From an uncultured Clostridia bacterium (lineage in GTDB: Bacteria; Bacillota; Clostridia; TANB77; CAG-508), in assembly GCA_947627935.1 (NCBI GenBank), contig CANQXY010000003.1, forward strand, positions 1,952 to 65,951: a stretch of 64,000 nt of DNA, written 5' to 3'. The position numbers were made by a program, and so were the translations under genes. Under the pieces are notes generated by a model. That model had not been told where the DNA came from and ran no database searches. It was given only the letters and a program-made list of their open reading frames with translations. Below are positions 27,968-38,526 of the stretch, one piece after another. How positions within the stretch are numbered: position 1 is the first letter of the stretch; each line of letters starts with the position of its first letter.

Positions 27968-29788
27968 TTATTTATTACTATTTCTTGCTGCTCTTTCTCT
28001 TTCTTTACTATCTAATATTTTCTTTCTTAATCTTATTGACTTTGGAGTTACTTCAACTAATTCATCATCTTGTATAAATTCAATTGCTTTTTCTAATGAC
28101 ATTTGAATTGGTGGAACTAATCTTAATGCTTCATCAGATCCAGATGCTCTTGTATTTGTTAAATGTTTTTCCTTACAAACATTTATTGATAAATCTTCTC
28201 CTCTAGAATTTAATCCAACAATCATACCTTCATATACATCTACACCAGGTCCAATAAATAATTCACCTTTATCTTGTGCATTATATAATCCATATGTTAC
28301 TGATTTTCCATTTTCAAAAGCAACAATTGTACCTCTAACACGAGCAACTACTTCTCCTTTAAATGGTTCATATGAATCAAATATATGATTCATTACACCT
28401 TCTCCTTTTGTATCTGTTAAAAATTCCGTTCTATATCCTATTAAACCTCTTGCAGGTATTTTAAATTCTATTTTAGTATGTCCTACTTCTGCTGGTTCCA
28501 TATTAACCATTTCTGCTTTTCTTTTTCCTAATTTTTCAATAACATTTCCAACACAATCATCAGGAACATTTACAACTAATCTTTCAATTGGTTCACATTT
28601 TTGGCCATTTATTTCTTTAAATATAACTTTTGGACGAGAAACTAAAAGTTCAAATCCTTCTCTTCTCATTGTTTCTATTAATACTGATAAATGTAATTCT
28701 CCTCTTCCTGATACTTCAAAAGAATCAGGTGATTCTGTTTCTTTTACTCTTAAAGATACATTTTTTTCTAGTTCTTTAAATAATCTATCTCTTATATGTC
28801 TTGATGTTATAAATTGTCCTTCCTTTCCAGCAAATGGACCATTATTAACACTAAATGTCATAGATACTGTTGGTTCGTCAATATCAACAAATGGTATTTT
28901 TTCTGGATTATTAAAATCACATATTGTATCTCCAATGTTGATATCTGAAAGTCCTGCGATTTCTATAATGTCACCAGCTTTTCCTTCTTCTACTTCTACT
29001 TTGTCTAATCCTATATGTGTATATATTTTTGCAATTCTTCCTCCAGTAACTTTGTCATCTTTACCACATATTGAAACAGGCATTCCAACTTTCATAATTC
29101 CACGTTCTACTCTACCTACTGCTATTCTACCTACATAATCATCATAATCAATATTTGAAACAAGCATTTGAGCAGGTCCATCTTCATCACAATTTGGAGC
29201 TTTAATAGTATTTATTATTGTTTCAAATAATGGAGTTAGATCTTGTGTTTCATCTGATAAATCCATTTTAGCAATTCCGTTTTTTGCAGATGCAAAAACA
29301 ACAGGAAAATCTAATTGTTCGTCAGATGCATCTAATTCTATAAATAATTCAATTATTTGATCAACAACTTTTAAAGGGTCTGCTCCTGGTCTATCTATTT
29401 TATTTATTACTACTATTGGTTTTAAATTTAATGCTAAAGATTTCTTTAAAACTTCTCTTGTTTGTGGCATTGCACCTTCAAAAGCATCAACTAATAATAA
29501 AACACCATCAACTGTTTTTAAAACTCTTTCTACTTCTCCACCAAAATCAGCATGTCCAGGTGTATCTACAATATTTATTTTTATATCTCCATGCATTACA
29601 GATGTATTTTTTGAAAGTATTGTAATTCCTCTTTCTTTTTCTTGATCATTTGAATCCATTATTCTTTCTTGCACTTGTTCATTTTCTCTAAAAATATTAC
29701 TTTGCTTTAAAAGTGCATCTACTAATGTTGTTTTTCCATGATCAACGTGTGCAATTATTGCTATATTTCTTATTTTTTGGTTATTCAT
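27968..29788 (-). CDS. typA: translational GTPase TypA/BipA
   Basis: 606 aa. G-domain motifs AHVDHGKTTLVD, DTPGHADFGGEVER and NKIDR. Confidence 0.9.
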   Translation of the reverse strand: MNNQKIRNIAIIAHVDHGKTTLVDALLKQSNIFRENEQVQERIMDSNDQEKERGITILSKNTSVMHGDIKINIVDTPGHADFGGEVERVLKTVDGVLLLVDAFEGAMPQTREVLKKSLALNLKPIVVINKIDRPGADPLKVVDQIIELFIELDASDEQLDFPVVFASAKNGIAKMDLSDETQDLTPLFETIINTIKAPNCDEDGPAQMLVSNIDYDDYVGRIAVGRVERGIMKVGMPVSICGKDDKVTGGRIAKIYTHIGLDKVEVEEGKAGDIIEIAGLSDINIGDTICDFNNPEKIPFVDIDEPTVSMTFSVNNGPFAGKEGQFITSRHIRDRLFKELEKNVSLRVKETESPDSFEVSGRGELHLSVLIETMRREGFELLVSRPKVIFKEINGQKCEPIERLVVNVPDDCVGNVIEKLGKRKAEMVNMEPAEVGHTKIEFKIPARGLIGYRTEFLTDTKGEGVMNHIFDSYEPFKGEVVARVRGTIVAFENGKSVTYGLYNAQDKGELFIGPGVDVYEGMIVGLNSRGEDLSINVCKEKHLTNTRASGSDEALRLVPPIQMSLEKAIEFIQDDELVEVTPKSIRLRKKILDSKERERAARNSNK

Positions 29789-29802
29789 TTTTTAATTCTC
29801 CT

Positions 29803-30912
29803 TTATTTACTCATTTTTGCTATTTCATCAGCATATTCTGGATCATAGCTCGTTCCTTCTAATTCTTTTATAGATAATGCTATTTTTTTATTTTCTAAAT
29901 CCATATCAATTATTTTCGCATTTACAACTTGTCCTAATTTTAATTTTTCTTCTGGTTTTGTAATTCTTTCTTCTGATATTTGTGATATATGTATTAAACC
30001 TTCTACACCTTTTTCTAATTCTGCAAATGCACCAAATGGCATAAATCTTACAATTTTAACTTGTATAATGTCATTTACATTATATTTCTCACTTACTTTA
30101 CTCCAAGGATCTTCTCCTTTTAATTCTGAAGATAATTTAAATTTTTTATTTTCTTTATCTAATTCTTTTATCACAACATTTATTTTTTGATTTTCTTTTA
30201 AAATTTTATGAACATCTGCATTTCTTTCCCAAGAAATTTCAGACACATGAAGTAATCCTTGAGCTATATTTTCAATCTCAATAAATGCTCCATATGAACT
30301 TATACTTTTTACTATTCCCTCATATTTTTTTCCAACTTCAACATTTTTCCAAAAATTATCTTCTAATTTTTTCTTTTCTTCATCTTTTATTTGTTTTATA
30401 GAGCCTATAACTTTTCTATTTTTAAAATCACATTCTATTACTACAAATTCTATTTCTTTACCTTTATACTCATTTATATCCTCGTTTTTAGGTATACAAG
30501 ATAAAGACATAGGTATAAATATTCTAATACCGTTATAATCTACTATTAAACCATTAGAATTAATATCTGTTACCTTTTCTTTAAATATTTCTTTATTTTT
30601 AACTTTCTTTTCAAATTCTTCTCTTATTGTTCTTAATTTGATTTTTTTATAAGATAATAAAACATTTCCTAAACCATCATTATTTTTTAAAACATCTGCT
30701 GTAATTATATCTCCAATTTTAAATTCATCGTTTGGATCTTTTCCTTCTTCAAAAGAATATTCTTCATATGGTATTATTCCATCTGCTTTATATCCTAAGT
30801 CTACAATTATTTCTTTTTTACTTGTTATATCTATTATTTTACCAGTGATAGTTTTGCCTAGTTTTACATCTTTAATAGATTTATTAAACATCTCTTCAAA
30901 ATTTTCTTCCAT
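29803..30912 (-). CDS. rpsA: S1 RNA-binding-domain protein (ribosomal protein S1 homologue, four S1 repeats)
   Basis: 369 aa with repeated S1/OB motifs (e.g. GIVKSISSYGAFIEI, VKIVRFMPFGAFAEL). It sits in the cmk-plsC-S1 gene order. Confidence 0.75.
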   Translation of the reverse strand: MEENFEEMFNKSIKDVKLGKTITGKIIDITSKKEIIVDLGYKADGIIPYEEYSFEEGKDPNDEFKIGDIITADVLKNNDGLGNVLLSYKKIKLRTIREEFEKKVKNKEIFKEKVTDINSNGLIVDYNGIRIFIPMSLSCIPKNEDINEYKGKEIEFVVIECDFKNRKVIGSIKQIKDEEKKKLEDNFWKNVEVGKKYEGIVKSISSYGAFIEIENIAQGLLHVSEISWERNADVHKILKENQKINVVIKELDKENKKFKLSSELKGEDPWSKVSEKYNVNDIIQVKIVRFMPFGAFAELEKGVEGLIHISQISEERITKPEEKLKLGQVVNAKIIDMDLENKKIALSIKELEGTSYDPEYADEIAKMSK

Positions 30913-31001
30913 TTAATTTCTCCTATTTTCATTAATCAAGACGCTTTTCAAATTGAAAAACGTCTAAACCCTTAAAACATTAAAATTATACACTATTTTA
31001 G

Positions 31002-31595
31002 CTATTTTGTCAAACTTAATATATTATCCATTATGTCTTTTGTAATTTTATCTAAAACTTCTTTGTCTTTACTATTTTTATATTCACTAAAATCTAATGG
31101 TTTACCATATTTTATTGTTACTTTCTTAAATGGTTTTTCTCCTCCGCTTATACCAACTGGCAACACTTTAACTCCTGTTCTAACAGCAAAGAAAGCAGCT
31201 CCATCTTTTACTTTTTCTCCTTTTTCTATACCATTTCTAGTACCTTCTGGAAATAAAGCTAGACAATTTCCATCTTTTAATGTTTGTAACGATTCTTTTA
31301 AAGCTTTAACTTCTTTTGAATCTTTTTTTACTAATATAACATTAAATACCCATCCTAAAGCTGCAAGAAATTTACTTTTAGTTAGTTCTTCTTTTGCTAA
31401 AAATCTAGATTCTCTTCCACAAGTTACTTCTATTAAAGGTGGATCTAAAAAACTTTTATGATTTCCACAAATAATAACAGGTTCTTGCTTTGGTATATTT
31501 TCTTTTCCTATTATTTGCATTCTATATACTATTTTACAGTATATATATATTGCACCCTTTACAATACTTTTTATAACTTTTTTAAAAATTTCCAT
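31002..31595 (-). CDS. plsC: 1-acyl-sn-glycerol-3-phosphate acyltransferase
   Basis: NHKSFLDP (NHxxxxD) and FPEGTR motifs. Confidence 0.8.
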   Translation of the reverse strand: MEIFKKVIKSIVKGAIYIYCKIVYRMQIIGKENIPKQEPVIICGNHKSFLDPPLIEVTCGRESRFLAKEELTKSKFLAALGWVFNVILVKKDSKEVKALKESLQTLKDGNCLALFPEGTRNGIEKGEKVKDGAAFFAVRTGVKVLPVGISGGEKPFKKVTIKYGKPLDFSEYKNSKDKEVLDKITKDIMDNILSLTK

Positions 31596-31619
31596 ATTAC
31601 TCTCTTTTCTTTTATAAAT

Positions 31620-32285
31620 TTATTTTACTTTTTTTATAATTTCAATAATATAATCTGTTACTTCTTCTATTGTCATATTTGTAGAATCTACATATATAGC
31701 ATCTTCTGCTTTTCTTAATGGTGAAATTTCTCTATTTGAATCTTGATTATCTCTAGATTTTATACTTTCTAAAATTTCCTCATAAGAACCTTTTATATTA
31801 TTTTCTTTATTTTGTTTTAATCTTCTTTTAGCTCTTTCTTCTGCTGTTGCATCTAAATATATTTTCACATTTGCATTAGGAAATACTGATGTCCCTATAT
31901 CTCTACCTTCCATTATTACATTTTTTCCTTCAGCCATTTTTCTTTGTAATATTAATAAATTTTCTCTTACAATTTTTAATTTAGAAACTGGAGATACAAA
32001 TTCATTTACTTTTGGAGTTCTTATTTCTAATGTTACATCTTTACCATTTAACATTACTTTTTGTTTTCCATTTTCTTCTGTTAAATCAATTTTTATATTA
32101 TTTAACAATTCTTTTATCTTTTCTTCTTCATCTAATCCTATTTTGTTATCTAACATTGCTAAAGCAACACATCTAAAAGTTGCTCCTGTATCTATATTTA
32201 TTAAGTTTAATTTATCTCCTACTAATTTTGTTATCGTTCCTTTTCCACTACCTGCTGGTCCATCTATTGCTACTACAAATGACAT
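31620..32285 (-). CDS. cmk: cytidylate kinase
   Basis: IAIDGPAGSGKGT P-loop, then MEGRDIGTSVFPNA and a C-terminal RDNQDSNREISPL. Confidence 0.9.
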   Translation of the reverse strand: MSFVVAIDGPAGSGKGTITKLVGDKLNLINIDTGATFRCVALAMLDNKIGLDEEEKIKELLNNIKIDLTEENGKQKVMLNGKDVTLEIRTPKVNEFVSPVSKLKIVRENLLILQRKMAEGKNVIMEGRDIGTSVFPNANVKIYLDATAEERAKRRLKQNKENNIKGSYEEILESIKSRDNQDSNREISPLRKAEDAIYVDSTNMTIEEVTDYIIEIIKKVK

Positions 32286-33143
32286 TTATATTTCCTCCTT
32301 TTTATCCTCTGGTATATATACACTTTTTGCTACTACGTCTAATGATACTACATTCATTGCTGTTAAATTTTCTATTTCTCTTTTTGCTTTTTCTTTAAAT
32401 TCTTTTAATGCATCAATTACATTAAATCCATAAGTAACCATTACTTCCATATATATAATTGGTCCTTCTCCTCCTGAATTTTCCACTCTTGTTCTTAACA
32501 CTTTGTGTATTGCAGGTACTTTTAGTGCTAATGTTTCAGCAATTTGCCTAAAAACAATATCTGAAATTGTAAAATTACCTAAATAACTAAATGTTGGTCT
32601 TATTATTGATTTTTCAGAAATATACGGTTTTTCTCCTTTTCCTTTTGACTTAAATATTTGAAGTGGATCTAATAAATATCCTGAAAAATCTTTTTTTATT
32701 TCAAATGTTGGAACTGGTATAACATGTTTTCCTTCTGTTACTCTTATTCTTCTCGCTGTCTGCATTTCCTGTTCTGTAGCAACATCATTTATATATATAG
32801 TTTCAGTTATTTCTGGAAGTCCTAAATTTTTAACAATTTTTTCTACCATACCATCTGATGTTCCTAATATTAATAGACTACTTGGCTTATATTTTTTAAA
32901 TGCTTTATGCATTTCTTCTTTTTCTTTTTCTCTTAAAAAAAGTGCATGTTTTACAGTTTCAATTTTCGTTGGTGCCTTTTTAGCAGATTCTCCTGCAATC
33001 ACTTCATTATCTTTTATTAATAATCCATCATCTATTATAAAATTAATATTTTTTTCGCTTGCTACCATTTGTGCTCTATAGCTTTTTCCTGTACCTGATG
33101 GTCCAACAAATGCATATACTTTTATTTTCTTATCTAATAACAT
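32286..33143 (-). CDS. P-loop NTPase-like N-domain fused to an Asp23/Gls24-like C-domain (hypothetical)
   Basis: N-terminal Walker A VGPSGTGKSY. The C-terminal ~110 aa (GNFTISDIVFRQIAETLALKVPAIHKV...VMVTYGFNVIDALKEFKEKAKREIENLTAMNVVSLDVVAKSV) resembles Asp23 / alkaline-shock-family proteins. Confidence 0.5.
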   Translation of the reverse strand: MLLDKKIKVYAFVGPSGTGKSYRAQMVASEKNINFIIDDGLLIKDNEVIAGESAKKAPTKIETVKHALFLREKEKEEMHKAFKKYKPSSLLILGTSDGMVEKIVKNLGLPEITETIYINDVATEQEMQTARRIRVTEGKHVIPVPTFEIKKDFSGYLLDPLQIFKSKGKGEKPYISEKSIIRPTFSYLGNFTISDIVFRQIAETLALKVPAIHKVLRTRVENSGGEGPIIYMEVMVTYGFNVIDALKEFKEKAKREIENLTAMNVVSLDVVAKSVYIPEDKKEEI

Positions 33144-33240
33144 TTTTCTTCTCCTTATTTTATCTTGATAATTATATAATATTTAATCAAAAAAAACAAT
33201 AAAAATAGTAGTATTTCTACTACTATTTTTTATATATTTA

Positions 33241-34488
33241 TTACATTTTTTCTGTTATATCATTAACTTCTGCAATTTTTATACTTCTAACATGATTAAT
33301 TTTTTCCCATGTTGTTTCTCTTTTAAATAAACATTTGAAATTTATAAGTAACCATGATCCAATAAATAATGGATAGCATAATAATCCTTTAATCATAGGT
33401 TTTATTGGTCTTTTATCCAAGAACATTATAAATAATGCTGTTCCTATAGGTAATAAAAATGTTGGTACTAAATACATCACTATATTATAAATTAGTTCTG
33501 CACTTGTCATTGTTTCTCCTACATACATAAAGAAGTTAGTTGCAACTAATAGAAGTGATATTATAAACATTGGTATACTTCCTATAATATATAATAATCC
33601 GTCAAAATTCATTAATGTTTTATGTTCTTTTACAGCTAATGCTAAATCTTTTGTATAACGATTTATACATTGAATATGACCTACTGTCCATCTGCTTCTT
33701 TGTGACCAAGATTGTTTAAATCCAACTGGTTGTTCATCATATACTATTGCATCTGTTGCCCAACCTAGTTTTTTACCTTTTATTATTCTTTTTAATGAAA
33801 ATTCTATATCTTCTGTTAAAGTTTGTGTATCCCAACCATTAGGTTTTACTACATCAAATCTAACCATAAATCCTGTTCCATTTAATAATGGAGATAATCC
33901 TAAATTATATCTTGCTAAATGATAAAATCTATGCATTGTCCAGTAAAATAATGCATATCCAGCTGTTACCCAACTATCTGTTGGATTTTTTATATCTCTA
34001 TATCCTTGAACAACATCTTCACCTTGACATAGTTTCTTATTCATGTTTTTTATAAAGTCTTTATCTACAATATTATCTGCATCAAATATAAAGAATGCAT
34101 CATATGGAGCATCTTCTTTGATTTTTTGTGATAAAAACCAATTTAATGCATATCCTTTTGTTTTGTTAACTGTATCAAATCTTTCATATACTATTGCTCC
34201 TGCTTCTTTTGCAACTTTAGCAGTATTATCTGTACAATTATCTGCAATTACATATATATCGTATAAATCTTTGTTATATGTTTGCTTTTTTAAACTTTCT
34301 ATTAAATTAGCTATAACAGTTTCTTCGTTATGTGCTGGTATTATAGCCATAAATCTGTGATCTTTATTTATTAATAGTGGTTTATCTTTTAATTTTACTA
34401 AAGAACATAAGCTAACCATTAATTGATATAGCCAAAATATTGTTACAATCCATACTAAAGCTTCTCTTAGTATATATAAATATTCCAT
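33241..34488 (-). CDS. family 2 glycosyltransferase, membrane-embedded processive type
   Basis: IIPAHNEE, DNCTDNT, FDADN and QRSRW motifs, plus an N-terminal TM helix and C-terminal TM helices. Confidence 0.75.
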   Translation of the reverse strand: MEYLYILREALVWIVTIFWLYQLMVSLCSLVKLKDKPLLINKDHRFMAIIPAHNEETVIANLIESLKKQTYNKDLYDIYVIADNCTDNTAKVAKEAGAIVYERFDTVNKTKGYALNWFLSQKIKEDAPYDAFFIFDADNIVDKDFIKNMNKKLCQGEDVVQGYRDIKNPTDSWVTAGYALFYWTMHRFYHLARYNLGLSPLLNGTGFMVRFDVVKPNGWDTQTLTEDIEFSLKRIIKGKKLGWATDAIVYDEQPVGFKQSWSQRSRWTVGHIQCINRYTKDLALAVKEHKTLMNFDGLLYIIGSIPMFIISLLLVATNFFMYVGETMTSAELIYNIVMYLVPTFLLPIGTALFIMFLDKRPIKPMIKGLLCYPLFIGSWLLINFKCLFKRETTWEKINHVRSIKIAEVNDITEKM

Positions 34489-34727
34489 TTTATTCCCTCT
34501 CTTTATATAAAAATAATATTTCTTTTATATATTATTTTGCCACTTTTTATATTATACTATTATTGTAAAAATATTGCAATGTTTTTTAGAAAATTTTTCT
34601 ATATCTTTAAATACTTACAGCCGTAAGAAATTTTACTCTAATTTTTCTTAAAAAACGCAAAAATTTTTATAGACATTTTTTATATTAATAGAATATAATA
34701 TAAAAAATTAAATAAGAAGGTGTTTTT

Positions 34728-35720
34728 ATGAGCAAAAAATATAAATTAGCAATTGTTGGTGCTACCGGTTTAGTTGGTAGAACTGCTTTAAAAGTTTTAG
34801 AAGAAAAAAATTTACCTAATTTTGAATATACTTTATTTTGTTCTAAAAAATCAGCAGGCAGTAAATTATCATTTTTAGGTAAAGAGTATATTGCAAAAGA
34901 ATTAACAGAAACATCTTTTGATGAAGGTTTTGATTTTGCAATATTTTCTGCAGGTGGTGAAACTTCTAAAAAATATGCTCCAATTGCCGCTTCTAAAGGA
35001 TGCATAGTTGTAGACAATAGTAGTGCTTTTAGAATGGATGAAGATGTACCATTAGTAGTTCCTGAAGTTAATCCAGAAAAAATTTTTGAAAACCACGGAA
35101 TTATTGCTAATCCTAATTGTTCTACAATTCAAGCTGTTGTTCCTCTAAAGCCATTAGATGACAAGTATAAAATCAAAAGAATAGTATATTCTACATATCA
35201 AGCAGTTTCAGGTGCAGGAAGACAAGGAATTGAAGATTTAGAAAATGGTATAAAAGGAATTAGTCCTTCTAAATTTCCACATCCTATTTATAATAATTGT
35301 TTACCACATATAGATGTATTCTTAGATGATGGATATACTAAAGAAGAACATAAGATGATAAATGAAACTAGAAAAATTTTAGGAAAACCTGATTTAAAAA
35401 TAACTGCAACTACTGTAAGAGTCCCAGTTGTTAATTCACATAGTGAATCAATTAATATAGAATTTGAAAATGAATTTAATATAAAAGATGTAATAGATTT
35501 ATTAAAAAATTCTAAAGGTATTATCGTTTTAGATGATCCTAAAAATAATATATATCCTCTTGCAACTAATGCATCTGGTCATGATGAAGTATTTGTAGGA
35601 AGAATTAGAAGAGATTATAGTGTAGAAAATGGATTAAATTTATGGGTTGTTGCAGATAATATTAGAAAAGGCGCTGCAAGTAATGCTATACAAATAGTTG
35701 AAAAATTAATTTCAAAATAA
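34728..35720 (+). CDS. asd: aspartate-semialdehyde dehydrogenase
   Basis: VGATGLVGR NAD-binding motif and the IANPNCSTIQ active-site Cys motif. Confidence 0.9.
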   Translation: MSKKYKLAIVGATGLVGRTALKVLEEKNLPNFEYTLFCSKKSAGSKLSFLGKEYIAKELTETSFDEGFDFAIFSAGGETSKKYAPIAASKGCIVVDNSSAFRMDEDVPLVVPEVNPEKIFENHGIIANPNCSTIQAVVPLKPLDDKYKIKRIVYSTYQAVSGAGRQGIEDLENGIKGISPSKFPHPIYNNCLPHIDVFLDDGYTKEEHKMINETRKILGKPDLKITATTVRVPVVNSHSESINIEFENEFNIKDVIDLLKNSKGIIVLDDPKNNIYPLATNASGHDEVFVGRIRRDYSVENGLNLWVVADNIRKGAASNAIQIVEKLISK

Positions 35721-35773
35721 TAATAAAAAATGAAGTAAACTTTAAATAGTTTGCTTCATTTATACTTTACCCA

Positions 35774-36286
35774 TTATAAAACTTCTTTATTATATTTTTG
35801 CATTTTTATATCATTTTTATATACAGTGCAAATTCCAACTATCAATAATATAATATATCCTAGAACTAAAAACCAACTTCTATAATATAAATAATATAAT
35901 CCATATAATATTCCTGTTGTTATTCCTGAAATTCTTACGAATTTCATATTATCCTGCCATAGACAATATAATCTAATCATTGAGCCTATTGTTGGCAATA
36001 GTGAAATAAGACCTGACCATGTAAATATACAATTAATTATTATAATAGCTAAAAATATTAATAATACAAAAAAATAAATTAATTTTTTTATTTTATCCTT
36101 TTGTATAAATATAAATGTTCTTATAAGGTTTATTATACTTAAAGTTGCACCTGTATAAGCATTTATTATTACATCATAAATTGCCTCAAATAAACAATTT
36201 AATGATTGAACATATAATGATTTTTTTCTATCTTTTATACAAATACTAACGATTACTGCTAGAAAAGCTAAAACACTGAAAATCAT
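35774..36286 (-). CDS. YgjV-like inner membrane protein (tentative)
   Basis: 170-aa ORF with five TM helices; the layout resembles the YgjV family. Confidence 0.45.
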   Translation of the reverse strand: MIFSVLAFLAVIVSICIKDRKKSLYVQSLNCLFEAIYDVIINAYTGATLSIINLIRTFIFIQKDKIKKLIYFFVLLIFLAIIIINCIFTWSGLISLLPTIGSMIRLYCLWQDNMKFVRISGITTGILYGLYYLYYRSWFLVLGYIILLIVGICTVYKNDIKMQKYNKEVL

Positions 36287-36304
36287 TTTTATTCCCCTTT
36301 AATT

Positions 36305-36763
36305 TTAATATTCAAATAATTCATAATTTAATAATTTATATCCATCATATTTAAACTTTATTGTAAAGAAGCTATCATCTTTTTGTATTTTTTCTATAAA
36401 TATTTTGTCGCCTTCCCATGTGTTTAAAGTCAATACTTTATCTTTGTCTATCCACTGAAGATCTCCTTCATTACAATCAATTAAATTTCCATCAAAATCA
36501 TTAGAAGTAAAAACATACACATATTCAGTTTCCCAATCTTTTGAAACATATGTAACAATACACCTTAATTTTATTTTATTTAAGTTAAGTCCTGTTTCTT
36601 CTTTAGTTTCTCTTTTTATGCATTCTTCAGGGCTCTCTCCATCTTCAAATTTTCCCCCTACTCCTAGCCATTTATCTTTACTTATATCATTTTCTTTTTT
36701 TGTTCTATGTAACATTAAATATTTATTATCTTTTTCTATATAACATAATGTTGATAATATCAT
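36305..36763 (-). CDS. NUDIX hydrolase (MutT-like)
   Basis: Nudix box GGKFEDGESPEECIKRETKEETGL. Confidence 0.75.
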   Translation of the reverse strand: MILSTLCYIEKDNKYLMLHRTKKENDISKDKWLGVGGKFEDGESPEECIKRETKEETGLNLNKIKLRCIVTYVSKDWETEYVYVFTSNDFDGNLIDCNEGDLQWIDKDKVLTLNTWEGDKIFIEKIQKDDSFFTIKFKYDGYKLLNYELFEY

Positions 36764-36955
36764 AATATCTCCTTTAATTTTTTAAACTAAATATTTCTAT
36801 GTTGCCATTACCTTCAAATTTATTTGTATCAAAATAAGTCATTATAATTATTTACTTCTTGTATTTTTTTATTTTACCATAAACGACTTTTTATTACAAT
36901 AAATTTATATCATTACTTTTTATGTTTTTCAATATACTTAAATTAAGGTGAGAAA

Positions 36956-38428
36956 ATGCGAAAATTTAAGATAATTATTTTTAATGGAATAATAATTACA
37001 ATAAGTTCTTTAATTATGCAATCTATTGGATTTTATTTCATGATATATATATCAAATAAAGTTGGAAGTGAAGCTTTAGGAATTTTTAATATAATAATGT
37101 CTATATATATGTTTTTCATAACTATTGCTACATCTGGAATAAATATATCTACTACTAGATTAGTTGTAAAAGAAAAATCTAAAAATCCTAATTTATCAAC
37201 AAAAGCTATTATGAAAAAATGTATTTATTATAGCTTATTTTTTGGCTTTTTATCATGCATATTATTATTTTTACTTGCACCTTTTATACAAAATAATTTC
37301 TTACATAATAAAATATCACATAAATTACTTTATGTTGTAGCAGTTTCTCTTCCATTTATATCTGTTTCATCTTCTATTAATGGTTATTTTACTGCAATAA
37401 GAAAAAATTATAAAAATGTTGGATGTAAGATTTTTGAACAAATTATTAAAATGATATCTACTACATATATATTATCACTTTTCATGCCAAATGGAGTAAA
37501 CTATGCTTGTTTATCTTTAGTATTAGGAGAAACAATTTGTGAAATTTGCTCATGTATATTAGCAATTATCTTTTACACATTTGAAGAAAAAAAGTATTTT
37601 TATAATAGAAATAAAGAAAATTACTTAAAATCTATTCTTAAAATTTCTATTCCAATATCTATTACATCATATATAAAATCTGTATTATCTACTTTAAAGC
37701 AAATATTAATCCCACTAAGATTAGAAAAAAGCGGATTAAGCTGTGAGACAGCACTTTCTCAATATGGTTTAATAAATGGTATGGCTCTTCCAGTTTTATT
37801 ATTTCCAAGTGTAATTATAAATTCATTTAGTGGACTTCTTCTCCCTGAATTTTCTTATTACAATGATAATAATTCATATAATTTGATAAATGCAATTATA
37901 TCTAAAATATTTAAGCTATCATTTGTTTTTTCTATTGGATTTGTTAGTTTCTTTTTGTTTTTTGGTGCAGATATAAGTAATTTAATTTTTAATGAAAAAG
38001 AAATTTCTATTTACTTAAAATTATTATCACCTCTAGTTTTACCAATGTACCTAGATTCAGTTGTAGATAATATATTAAAAGGATTAGATAAACAAGTTCA
38101 AGTTATGAAATGTAATATTTTAGATCTATTTATAAGTATAATTGGTATTTTTTTCTTACTTCCTATTTTAGGAATTAAAGGATATATCTTAGTTACATAT
38201 ATAAGTATTTTACTAAACTTTTCAATAAGCATTATTCAACTAAAAAATTGTACAAATTTTAAATTTGATTTTACTAATTGGATTTTAAAACCTATTATTA
38301 TTTCAGTTATTATTTACATGTTACTTACAATTTTTATAAAAGATATTTTTCTTAAATTATTATCGTTTTTAATTATCTATTTTATATATTCATACTTTAA
38401 TTTTAAATTATATAAAATTTTTAATTAA
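36956..38428 (+). CDS. spoVB: stage V sporulation protein B-like MOP/MurJ-superfamily flippase
   Basis: 490 aa, ~14 TM helices. The N-terminal SNKVGSEALGIFNIIMSIY...ATSGINISTTRLV resembles SpoVB. Confidence 0.6.
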   Translation: MRKFKIIIFNGIIITISSLIMQSIGFYFMIYISNKVGSEALGIFNIIMSIYMFFITIATSGINISTTRLVVKEKSKNPNLSTKAIMKKCIYYSLFFGFLSCILLFLLAPFIQNNFLHNKISHKLLYVVAVSLPFISVSSSINGYFTAIRKNYKNVGCKIFEQIIKMISTTYILSLFMPNGVNYACLSLVLGETICEICSCILAIIFYTFEEKKYFYNRNKENYLKSILKISIPISITSYIKSVLSTLKQILIPLRLEKSGLSCETALSQYGLINGMALPVLLFPSVIINSFSGLLLPEFSYYNDNNSYNLINAIISKIFKLSFVFSIGFVSFFLFFGADISNLIFNEKEISIYLKLLSPLVLPMYLDSVVDNILKGLDKQVQVMKCNILDLFISIIGIFFLLPILGIKGYILVTYISILLNFSISIIQLKNCTNFKFDFTNWILKPIIISVIIYMLLTIFIKDIFLKLLSFLIIYFIYSYFNFKLYKIFN

Positions 38429-38526
38429 AAAATATTTATTTTTTAAATTAATTAGCATATAATGGATAACATATAGAATATAAATATATTTTATATGTTT
38501 ATTAATTCCTATAAAGGAGAACTATT

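Noticed and set aside
34489-34727. Lysine (L-box) riboswitch or other leader upstream of asd, dapA or dapB
   Set aside because: The 239-nt region upstream of asd is almost pure A/T, with no conserved L-box helices or terminator/antiterminator pair. The gaps before dapA and dapB are too short.
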